DNA from: Antechinus flavipes
Lineage: Eukaryota
Direction: 5' to 3'
Length of the DNA: 64,000 nt
Assembly (NCBI RefSeq): GCF_016432865.1
Contig: NC_067403.1
Span: forward strand, 253,952,001-254,016,000
Shown here piece after piece: positions 25,401-35,647 of this stretch. Below the pieces are notes generated by a model that had not been told where the DNA came from, ran no database searches, and saw nothing but the letters and a program-made list of their open reading frames with translations. Both the position numbers and the translations under genes were made by a program. Numbering within the stretch: the first letter of the stretch is position 1; each line of letters begins with the position of its first letter.

Positions 25401-26090
25401 TCAATTGGGGATGAGTAAGGGTTTGATGGCAAGGGTGCGAATGGAAAGGGATGTTGTAAAACACAGTAGAACAGATAACAAAATGTCTCTCTCCTTTCTT
25501 GGCAAAGGACTGTCAGAGCACGAGGTCACTTAATATTCCATCGCTGAATTGGGTATTTGTGCTTAAATGTTTTTGTTCCAGGGGAAGGTTTAACTCCACG
25601 AAATATAAGGAGGAGAATTCCCAGAAATGACTATGATGGAAAAATAAAAAACCAACATCAACCAAGTTAAAAATATATATATATGATTTAAAATTTAAAA
25701 AAGTACACGGAGGCAGTGGTTGGCTGTCAGGGGCCGGGACAGACAGCGGTTCCAAAGGGGACAATTAGGGTCCTGTGCTAGTCTGAAAGAGCCTTCCCTC
25801 ACCAGCCGAGCCCAGACTGGCAGCAGCCCCTCAGGAAAAGACCACGACTTCAGGAGCGGGTCGTTGGCGGAAGCCTCTCACCTGTAGGAAACATGGACTG
25901 GGCTGAGGTGGCTGACTGTCGGCATGTAGGAATAGTAGAAGGAGGCATAAAGGAAGACGGACACCCAGAGGAGGAGGAGGATGGTGCAGAATGCCACTCC
26001 AAACCGAAGCAGGAGCTTGCGGGCTCGACCCACCACCATCTGGCCCACTTCCTGGGCCCAGAGCAGGGCCGGCACTGGGTCACTGGCCAT
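19485..26090 (-). CDS. BSCL2: Seipin, 396 aa (short-isoform type)
   Basis: Coding exons 26090-25882, 25083-25002, 22466-22323, 21558-21424, 21221-21124, 20753-20612, 20525-20459, 20014-19928, 19819-19742, 19633-19485 (1191 nt, consistent phase). Motifs [41 protein letters not shown]. Exon 2 acceptor at 26209; non-coding exon ends at 27525; poly(A) signal 19414-19409. Confidence 0.96.
21830..21965 (+). mobile_element. hAT-Charlie-type MITE remnant
   Basis: ggggttcttaacctg...gatccatggaagtggatggagaaaaat...gattctgaggaggggg resembles a remembered Charlie4-like consensus. A related piece lies at about 51330-51405. Confidence 0.4.
24690..24905 (-). mobile_element. Degenerate RTE-type LINE 3' fragment (tentative)
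   Basis: The - strand peptide [17 protein letters not shown]...TLWKR...DQRACRCLH loosely follows the RTE ORF C-terminus (WAGHVAR..RW...LHWYP...LW...DEKAW..CDLH), from memory. Confidence 0.35.
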
Positions 26091-27457
26091 AGCGGGAGCC
26101 GTGGGGGGCAGCCAGGACCTGGCTAGGCCCAGGTGTCAGGCCGCCTTGTCCAATCTGCTCCGTCACCTGGACGCTACCCCTGGCCATGAGACAGCATAGG
26201 CGGCAGTTCCTAGAACGAGACCGAAAGGGAAGAGTGGTGGCAAGGCAACTGGACCAGTTTCAGGGCCCCAGGGAAGCAGATTCACCCTCTTCAGGTCCCC
26301 TCACCACTCCCAAGGGCCCCAGCCTCCTTCCCTCTCCCCAAACACATCCAACTACACCGTTGGGGCTCAGCTTCCCCCTAACTGGCTGAGCCCCCCAGGG
26401 CAGGGCTGCCTTGGGAATCCTGTCTCCCTCCTCCCTCACAGCCCCTGACCTGCACATCCCACCTGTCTCTCCAGAAAGATCCGGTCCCCGGGCTCCTTGC
26501 CCACCTGCTCTAAGGGTCATGTACCATTTTTCTACCTCCACGAGGCCCATAAGCTCCCCTCTCCCCAATTCAGAGAGACCTGAATTAGAGGGGGAGGGTG
26601 GACTACACAATCTCTGGGACCCCTCCTAGGTGACCCCTCCAGAGAGGTGGTCTTGGCCCAAGGCAGTGCTCTTGTGTCCTTACCTGAAGGGCAATCCTTG
26701 GGCTCCTTACCTGGCAGGGGTTATCATGGGCAAAGTGCTTTACCAACTCCCCAACTGGAGAAACGTTACCATCCATTACTTCGAAACTGCCAGAGCCCAA
26801 GTGCCTGCCCTCCCCTCAATCCCGGCAGCTCCTGGGGCGACCTCGGGGGTCTCCTGCAGGCCACCTTTCACCTTTGACACCTCTACCTAGGGGGAGGGCC
26901 GGGACAGATGCCTCGGCCCAAACCCGACTTTCTTCCCTCTCCAGGGGGGCTGGACTGCTACTCGCTCGGACTTCCCGGGGCTACCTGTGCCTCCCCCCTC
27001 CCCAAAAGCTTAGGGGCTGCCGGGGCCGCCCGTGCCCACCTTTGTCACGAGCCCAGAGGCTCTGCCTAGCAGGAGAGGGGGGTGCCCAAGACCCCTGCGG
27101 TAACGGCCCCGGGGCCCCTTCCAAGCTCGAGCTCTGCCTCAGCGGCTCTACCTGGGAGATGACCCGGGCCAGGGGATGGGGGTAGCACTGCTCCCCCGCG
27201 TCCCCGCGGCCCGAAGAGCCGGAGCCCGGCCAAGCCCAACGACGCCACCCCCCCTGCCCCCGCCTCACAAAGGCCCCGTGAGGTAAGCGCTACGGGGGTG
27301 GGGGTGGACGCCCAGGCCGCAGGGGAGGGCCCAAGGCCGGGGGGGGGGGGGGGGGGCCTGCGGCTTCCCTCTGGCCCCCGCCTCCCGACACCGCTTGGGG
27401 CCGCCCGTCCGCTCCCCACGCCTAGGCCTCTGCGGACGGCCAGCCCTACCTAACCGG

Positions 27458-27790
27458 GTCACCATGGAAACCATGCCCGCCAGCGGGGCCCCGCCGCCTC
27501 GCCGCCGCCGCCTCCTTCACTCACCGGCCTCTGCCGCTGCCCCGGCAACGCCGACAGAAGACTTCCGCCTCGCGCGGAAGCCCCGCCCCCTGCGCGGGCC
27601 CGCCTTTGTACTGCCGCTGAGAGGCGGTGCCGAGCCGCAGGGCCCGAGAATGAGGCCCGGCGATTGGAGGAGACGCCGCGAGAGGGGCGGGGCCCGAGAG
27701 GCTAAGGGGTGCAACGAGGCCCGGCCCCACCCCTTGGCGTCTAGCGGCACGTGCATAGACCAACGGCTGTGGTTCCGTTGCCGTGGTAAC
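27458..27790. promoter_or_regulatory. BSCL2 CpG-island promoter with two RFX X-boxes
   Basis: GTCACCATGGAAAC 27458-27471 and GTTGCCGTGGTAAC 27777-27790 fit GTNRCC(N0-3)RGNAAC. GC boxes; exon-1 donor at 27525. Confidence 0.6.
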
Positions 27791-28869
27791 GGGAATTGTG
27801 GCGAGACCTCCCAGCTTTCCCCGCCCCACCCCCACTCCAGAGACACCCCCTCCCCCCCCCTTCTCGTGGCTTCCTTCCCTTTCCCTCCTTCCGACCCTAG
27901 GCTCCCTGGGAGGTGTGGAATAAAATCTCTTTGAGCCTCCCTCTGGTTCCCCCTCTGAAGGTGGGAACGACATCGCCAGCCCCGCCTCCCTCGGTGAAAG
28001 TGACTTGAAGAGAAAGTGTCAAAATGCCAGCTGCGTCACTGTTTCCTCCCTTTTCCGCGGGCCTCAGTTTCCCCATCAGCGAATTTGGGCCCGTAACACT
28101 GCGCGGCCTGCTTGATTACAATGTGGGAAATAAATAGTGTGGTTCACCGCAAGCGTGCCTCGGTGCAGTGCCTGGAAGCGTGTCCCTGCCTCCAAGAAGC
28201 TTAATTGTGTTCTGGGAACGGCCCCATCATCGATACACAACATGGACAAAGCAAAGGAGGAGCGCTCGGACTCTATAACCCCTCCCCCTCTGAGATCGGG
28301 CCGATCTTGGGTGAATCGGAGGCTTGTAAAGGGGGGGGGTCTCTGTCCCCCACCCCGGGCGCGTCGGGTCCCGGCAGGCTGGCTCAGGCAGCCCATTGTA
28401 CAGAGTTGGCAGACCTCCCGCGGCCTGGGATTGCCCCAGCCTTTCAGGGCCTTGCACCACGTTCAACGATGCCCTACATTTGAGCCAAGTGCTCTCATGC
28501 CTGTAATCCTCTGATGCCGATTGAGCAAACGGAGGTCACCATCACCTTCCTGATCCTGCTCGTGGCCCCGCCTCTCCCAGACCGCTCTCCCCTTTCTCCG
28601 CCATCCCCCCCCCCCCCATGGGACCCTCCGCCCAGCTCCTGATTCTCTTCAGCCGTGACTTGGGGCTCTCCTGGGTATCCGGTACACAAAAATAGGTTTA
28701 CAAATCAAACACTTGCCAATCAATCATCATTTTGAGACTCCCGGTTCTTTCTGTGACCCCATATGAGGTCACAACCCAGTTTAACAAGCTTTGCCGTAGG
28801 TCTTCCCGCCCTCTAGGATTTTAGGAAGCCCCCTGTCTGTCTGTCTGTCTCTCCCTCCCATCTCTCCCT

Positions 28870-29960
28870 CCTCCTGCCTCTCTGACAGCCCCCTGGATTC
28901 TGGATTTGCTGGACTGTCCTCCAGAGTTCACCCCCTCACCATAAGGGCATTCTCTGTCCTAGGCCCTCTTCTCCTCCCTCTGTACTACTTCCCTGGGGGC
29001 TCTCATCAGCTCCCATGAGTTTAATGAGCCTCTCTCAATGCGAATGATGCTCACATCCATCTCACCTGCCCCAATTTTTCTGCTGACTTCCACTCTCCCA
29101 TTGCCAACAGCCTTTCAGACATCTCCAGTTGGGTGTCAAGGGACACCTTAAATTTACCCTGTCCAAGCCAAGTTTCGTCCTTTGCCCCTAACTGCCTGCC
29201 CCATGTTCCCGCTCTTACTGCAAAGGTCACACTATCCCCCAAGCCCCTCAGGCTCACAGGCCGGGAGTCACCCTTGACCCCCACTCCCTCACCGCCCTCC
29301 AGCCAATCATTTGTCAAGTCCCGTTTCTATCTTGCTGACATCTCTCACCCACCACACCCCAGCTGTTGCCAAGACCTGCCGACTTCACCTTTGCAACATT
29401 TCTCACATCCCGGTGTGGGCCCATCTCACCTCATACCTGGATTACTGCACCCTCTTACTTAATAAACTCTGCTGGCCCCCCATTGCTTCTAGGAACAAAC
29501 GCTAAATTCTCTGGCATTCGAAGCTCTTCAGAAGCTGGTCATTCCCTCCCTTTCCAGCTTTCTGAGACTTCCCTCCGCACAGAGTAGCCTTTGGCCCAGT
29601 GAAACTGACCTCCTGGCTGTTCTCCCAACAAGACTCTCCATCCCTCAGCTCTGGGCTCTCCAGCTGTCCCCTAAGCCTGAAATGCTCTCCCTGCTCTATT
29701 CTGACTACTGACCTTCCTGCCTTCTTCCACGTCCCAACCAAAGTCCCACTTCTTGTAGGAAGCCCCTCCTAATTACAGTGTTTTCTTCTTTTAACTATTT
29801 CCTATTTGTCTTCAATGTACCACGCTTTGTGTGTATTTATATGTCTCTCCCATTAGATTGTAAGTTTCTTGAGATCAGGGACTGTCTTTTGCCTCTTTTT
29901 ATATTCCCAGCACTTATCAAAGCCCCTGGCACATAGTAGGTGCTTAATATGCATTTATTG
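28870..29960 (+). mobile_element. L2 (LINE2) element
   Basis: ctcatcagctcccatg..., cctggattactgc..., ending cctggcacatagtaggtgcttaat (L2 3' end). Boundaries approximate. Confidence 0.8.
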
Positions 29961-31069
29961 AATTCAAATCTTGGCTTTTATTAATTCAGTCACTAAGGTC
30001 ACATGAGCAGCCAGGGAACCAAGTTCCCTCCTCTACAAATCGGGAATGAGACTTGCAGCCCCCCCACCCCTCACTTACCTCTCCCTCATACACTAGGGAT
30101 CCTTGAAAGGGGGGACAGTGGAATTTCTGGAGCATGCTAGCCTCTTGATTCCAGTTTGACTATGGGTGATTGAGGATTGAGGAGCTTAATAAACCTCGAG
30201 GGTGTTTTTGACTAACCTCTCTGGGCCCCCACTTTGCCCCATATAAAGCAATCTCTACGGTGGAATAGACTCTCCATGAGAAAAGGGGCTGTTTTTGACC
30301 TTGTGTTCCAAGCTCCTAAGGCAGAGCCCCGTTTGTGCTCCAAAAATAATTGTTAAATTGAATTGATGTAAAACCTGTAACCTCACCCAGCGTAGAGGGT
30401 TGGAAGCCTAGGTTTGGAAGGAACAGAGGCCTGGACATAAGAATAAGGGGATGACAATGCTGAGGCAGAATGAAGAGGAGAGGACGAGGGAGGGGGGAGT
30501 AAACGCCCAGCTGATGTCAGATTTCCAAATGAGCAGGGTCCCCTGCAGCCCAGCACAGACTCCACTGCAGCAGATGCCATGGGCCCAGACCACCACAGGG
30601 TGATAGGGGAGGTCGGTTTGGCCTTGGTTCCTCCAAGGCCCTCTGGGAAACATTCTGACTCTCATCTCACGGTGCCGGTGACAGGGGAGGGCAGGGAGTT
30701 AGTCATTAGCTGGTGCAAGGTGCCCACCCAGGGCAGGAGCTGACTGTCAGCCTCCCCCACTGGCTGCACGATTGGTACATTCCGGGATGGGAGCAACTCC
30801 TTCTAGCATCCTTCATCCTTCAGGTAGTAGTGGTCCAGACAGGCAGTGGTAACACTGTATCACTTGGGACCAGCCCTCGAAGGACCGAGCCCAGTCTCCG
30901 CTCCCGTGTCGAGGATTGCGGTTATTCTCCTCTGAGCCTGCTGTTTCTATCATCTGTATCAGAAAGCACCAGGCAACAGGGTGAGACACCCACCCCGGCC
31001 AGAAGGTCTCCGTTTCCCTCAAAACCCCTGGATCTGCAGGCACCTAAAGCTTGAGGTCAGTAATTCAAT

Positions 31070-31070
<1 letters not shown>

Positions 31071-31100
<30 letters not shown>
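31071..31100. repeat. (GT)15 microsatellite
   Basis: Uninterrupted GT run in GNG3 intron 1. Confidence 0.95.
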
Positions 31101-31103
<3 letters not shown>

Positions 31104-31773
31104 TGCTGGGGGGACAGGTTTCACCCACTGGGTGGGGGCTAATGTGCACTTAGGGTACACTCTCCATGTCCCTCATAATATCCTCCAGTTCAAGAGAATT
31201 CCAGGATGCTGGGGGGGGGGGGGCAGGATTACAATTTATCTTGACTGAAATGACCCATCCTTCATTTGCTGAATTTTAACAGGTCTGGATCAGGGCAGCT
31301 GTGGGCAGCCAGTCAATTCATACCCTTCACATTCCCTTCTCACAACCATTCCCACTATGGAGGACAGGGCGATGGAAAAGCTCCTGGGGAAGGATGGGGA
31401 TTATCTGGCAATCTTTCTTAACTAGGGTCCCACCCTAACACCAAGCCCCCCAGTGATAGAAGGAGGGTTCAGAAAGGCACCAGGGATCAGGACAAATGTG
31501 CTCAGTTTCCTTCACAGCGGCTTTTATGCAGAAGCCAGAGGGTCACTTGTCCAAAAGCTGTCGGGGTGATTGATTCCCGGGCAGGTCTGGTTTGCACTAG
31601 ATGCCTTGGAGGACCCACCTAGTCCAGAGACCCTGTGGTTTTGCAAGACACAGGAGAGGGTCTGTCTGGCAATGGGGGTGCTGTTGATCTCGGGCTTTGC
31701 GGCGGCCGCGGAGTCCAGCTCCCCACCTCCCCGCCCTGCTCTGAGCCGTCCTTCTGCTCTCCTCAGAGGCAGG

Positions 31774-32282
31774 ATGAAAGGAGAGACCCCCGTGAATAGC
31801 ACCATGAGCATCGGGCAAGCCCGAAAGCTGGTGGAGCAGCTCAAGATAGAAGCCAGCATGTGCCGGATCAAGGTGGGTGCGACCCTCCACCTCCCTCCTG
31901 CGTGGAGTCTCTGCCGGCCTGGGGGTGGAGGTCCCTCTGCCTCGAGATCCTTTCTTCGCTCGGGGGAGAGTGCCGTCGGCTCTCGCGGTTGGGTCGGGGA
32001 GGGGGTCGCTACGCCCAGAAAGCTGGGGAAGGGGTCGGCTGGCATTCAGGGGCCCGGGGAGCAGCCCTGGGGGAGTTTGCTTTGGGAGCAGCGGGGGCTT
32101 TCGCGCCCTGGGGACCCCTAGCTCAGTCCCCACCCTGCCGTGCCGGTGCCCAGGTGTCCAAGGCAGCTGCGGACCTGATGACATACTGTGATGCTCACGC
32201 CTGTGAGGACCCCCTCATCACTCCTGTGCCCACCTCGGAGAATCCCTTCCGGGAGAAGAAATTCTTCTGTGCCCTCCTCTGA
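31774..32282 (+). CDS. GNG3: G protein gamma-3 subunit, 75 aa
   Basis: Exons 31774-31872 and 32154-32282: [33 protein letters not shown]|[21 protein letters not shown]...FFCALL (CAAX). Probable non-coding exon ends at 30823; AATAAA 32461-32466. Confidence 0.98.
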
Positions 32283-32752
32283 ACGCGCCCCCGCCCCGGA
32301 GCCCCCTTGGAACCCCGCCCCCCCCCGAGGCTCTCAGAAGCACAAGGCAGCCCCAGCCCCCACCGCCAGCCCCGTCTCTGCTCCCACCCTGGACAGCTCC
32401 GAGGAGGGCCGCGCGCGCCTGATGGAGGCTCGAGCCCGGTGGGGGGTTATTGGGAGGCGGAATAAAAGCACTCGCTCTCGGAGGGAGCTCTGGCGTCGCC
32501 TTTATTCAACCCAACCAGATGAGCGGGTGCCCAAGCCGCGGGAGGGGCCGGGGCAGGATGGGAGCCACTGCACAGAACCCCCCCCGCCTCCCCGCGGAGA
32601 GAGGGCGTGGAGGAGGCGGGGCAGGGGAGTACGAGGGCGGGGCGAGCCACCGAGAAGGGAGGAGCAGGGAGCCCCCCCCCCCCCCTGCGGAACTCTGAAG
32701 GAGGCGGGGCAGGGAGAGGGAGGGGCGAAGCACTGACGGGAAGGGGCGGGCG

Positions 32753-32936
32753 CAACATGGCCGCCCCCATAGCGTGCCTTCTCCCAAAATGGCCGCCGCC
32801 ACGGACCACCGTGACATGGCCCCGCCCGAGCGTGCAGAGCGCGTTCCCGGACGACTCCATTCTTAAAATGGCAGCGCCCAAGCTAGTTTCCCGTCCCCGA
32901 CAAAGTCCAGCCGCGTCAGTGCTCAAAATGGCGGCC
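32753..32936. promoter_or_regulatory. CpG island with clustered YY1-type motifs (probable upstream BSCL2 promoter)
   Basis: CAACATGGCCGCC 32753, CAAAATGGCCGCC 32785, GACATGGCC about 32813, AAAATGGCAGCG 32865, CAAAATGGCGGCC 32924, all in the same orientation. Confidence 0.6.
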
Positions 32937-35647
32937 CTCCGCCCCCACCCCCGCGGACTGCGGCAAGGCCATGGGCGGGGCCGCTCACGGGGAGTGGCCC
33001 CGCCCCTTCTGCGGAAAACTGCGGCGAGGCTGCGCGTGCGCATTACGCAGTCTGCGCTGGCAGTCTGCCGCCGGTGGTCCTTGGGTTTCCTTAGAAACGG
33101 AGATGGGGCCCTGAAGGAGGGAAGCGGCATCCAAACGGCATCCAAGGGGATCATAGAATACGAGCCCCGAAAAGGAAATACTTTGCATGGGGGTTTTAGT
33201 CTGGGCTCAAGTCCTCCCCCTGCCCCTCCCTTTCTTCCCCCCCTTTCCCCGCCCGGGCCCAGAGGCAAGCACCAGGTTGACCTCACCATACCAAGGACTC
33301 CCAAGGTCTCTGCCTGGAGTCTGGGGGGCACCGAACCCCAAACGATGCTGCCCATCTCTGGGGTGACCGGTGGCATAGTCCACCTGACAGCAGTCACAAG
33401 GGCCTGCAGGGGATCTGATTTAAAAACCTAGCCCCCCAGACTGCAGATCCCCAAGAAGGGGAGCAGGGAGGGGGGCTCACCCCCGTTCCCCTGGACGCAG
33501 CCCCTCGGCCCTGATGATCTGGCAGGGTCTGTCCCCGGGGGCTGGTTAGGGGGGGCTCAGAACCTCTGGTGGGGGGGAGGGGCTGGGGGCTGGGACTGGA
33601 GCAATCCAGTGAAGAGCAAGTCGGGGCGGCCAAGAGGTGGTGAATTCATTCCAATGATTTATTCTAAAACCGGAAGCTGCTGTTGCCTGCGTTTGTCAAA
33701 ACACCGTAAAGAATGGAGGGAAAGTTAACAGCTGTAAACAATGACACAAATGGCACTTTTTCCTTCGTTTACTGGCCATGTCCAATAACATTTTACAGGT
33801 TTTGTAAAAGAATTCACAGGCTTTGTTATTTTTCTCACAAGCTTTTCCTTCTACAGCAACTAAGACACACATTCAGGACAAAGCACAAACGTTCTAGGAT
33901 GAACAAGGCCAAAGATGCCTTCTGTTACCATTGTCTGTGGGGGTTTGTTTCCCTTCAAATTAGGTTTTTTGTTTTTTTTTTAACATCAGTAAACAGTTTA
34001 ACAGTAAAAATTACTGTTTTGCCAAAGGATCTGAACTAGCATGGGTGCAGTGGTTATTTCCCTCCATAAATCCAAGCTTTTTCACAAACAGCCTTTTTTC
34101 TGGCTTTCCCTTGAATCCCCTCAGTGGTGGTGGAGCCGCCCACCAGCCCTCAGATCCCATTACTTCCCACAGCGCTTCACAAAGGACACCGACTAAGGAA
34201 AAGCAAGGTGGGGACCAGAACTTAGGGTTAGTGCAGCCCAAAGCCCAGGCTGTAATGTCTGTCTCCAGGCACTGTCACCAACCCTTACATAGCATCTAGG
34301 GACCAGGCGCCCCTTCAGCTCCTGACTGGTGCCAGTTTGGGGGCACAGGGTCTGTCAAGGACAAATGCAAAGAACTGAATCAGCTTCACGCCAGCAGTCT
34401 GAGTGCAACAGGAGGAGATGGGAAGACAAAGCCTTTCTCCTATAACAATTCAGACAGGGCAGTGCAGGGGGAGTGGTGGGGACCCATGGCCCTCACGCCA
34501 GCCTAGGCAGTGGAACAGGAAGGGAGCCTCAGGCTACCCCTCCACAATCTCCAACAGCTTTATCCCTTTTTATAGAGTCAACTGAAAACAGGAAAATCAA
34601 CAATAAGTTGCTGCCCACTGAAATCTCCCACATGCACACTCTAGTTATCTCTGCCTGGCAGCCCACTTCCTGCACTGAGCCTTCCTCCCCGAGGCCATTT
34701 CCTGGGTCCGTTGGCCTCTCAATGGGAGAGAATGACCTTTTCCACAGAGCATCGAATGGCCCTCCTTGACTCTAGGAACTGGCTGCTCACGCAAGATTCC
34801 CTCTGGACACCTCACGCTCCAACAGACTGGAGAACCCCCCCTACATTTGCTTGTGAAACCCTGAGAAAAGTCTTTGCCTCCAGAAGGTGGATGCTGCCCA
34901 GGAGCGACTTCTAAGGGCACCCCGGCATAACCTTGGAAGACAGGGATGGGCACGGGCAATCTGGATCTTCCATGCTAGCCCAGCATCCCCACTCACCAAG
35001 CTTTCAGGAAAATTCAGGGACAGACATCAAGAACCAAACACCTCTGCTCCGGACCCAAGCAGGCCTTGCCCACCGAGCCCGGGCAGCCTCTCTTAAGTCA
35101 CCTAACGGACCCTTTCTATGCCATGGCCAACGGCACAAAGACAAGGGATGGAGAGGACGTGCTGGCCACCGGCCCAGACATCCCAAGAGGGCAAGGTCGG
35201 AAAAGAAAATACAAGCGGTTAGTGGTGCGAATGATTGATAAGATCCAATCGTTTATTTTCACTGCCCCCGTCCCAACCTCTCCCTCCGTCCCCAGTGCCA
35301 GCCCTCAGGACCTCTCCCCTGCCTCACTGCCAGCCCAGCTGCCTCAGGATGTCAGGAGTCAGGGGAACCCATCACCTGTCCAGTCCCAATCCTTACAAGG
35401 GCAAGACAGGCATCCCTAGGGCTGTATTATGCGCAAAGGTTTTTGATTACAAATGTCTAACTAAGTCTGAAATGTTTTATAGAATAAGACAATATTCTTT
35501 TCAACAAACTTTTTTTAAAAAAATGTACAGTTTTTCTTGGTTTGCCTTCTCCCCCTTCCTTCCCCCCCAGCCCATTTCTCATTGGTTGTGTCTTGGGGGG
35601 GCCCGAGGCTGTGTTCCTTGTGGCCAGTGGCGCCTGGGGCTGGGACT

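Noticed and set aside
26709-26778. Small - strand exon-like segment MDGNVSPVGELVKHFAHDNPCQ with a GTAAGG donor
   Set aside because: No supported acceptor or homology. Splicing to exon 2 would hit the TAG at 26176.
28540-28690. Possible coding first exon for long seipin (MAEKGESG...)
   Set aside because: No clear similarity to the human MSTEKVDQ exon, and the downstream frame in exon 2 is blocked by stops anyway.
32381-32400. Possible REST/RE1 site near neuronal GNG3 (CTCCCACCCTGGACAGCTCC)
   Set aside because: The right half matches but the TCAG of the left half is missing. A site near 20243 has the opposite defect. Neither is supportable.
32447-33431. 316-aa and 274-aa ORFs in the CpG island
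   Set aside because: GC-rich promoter DNA. The repeated KMAA peptides simply reflect YY1 motifs.
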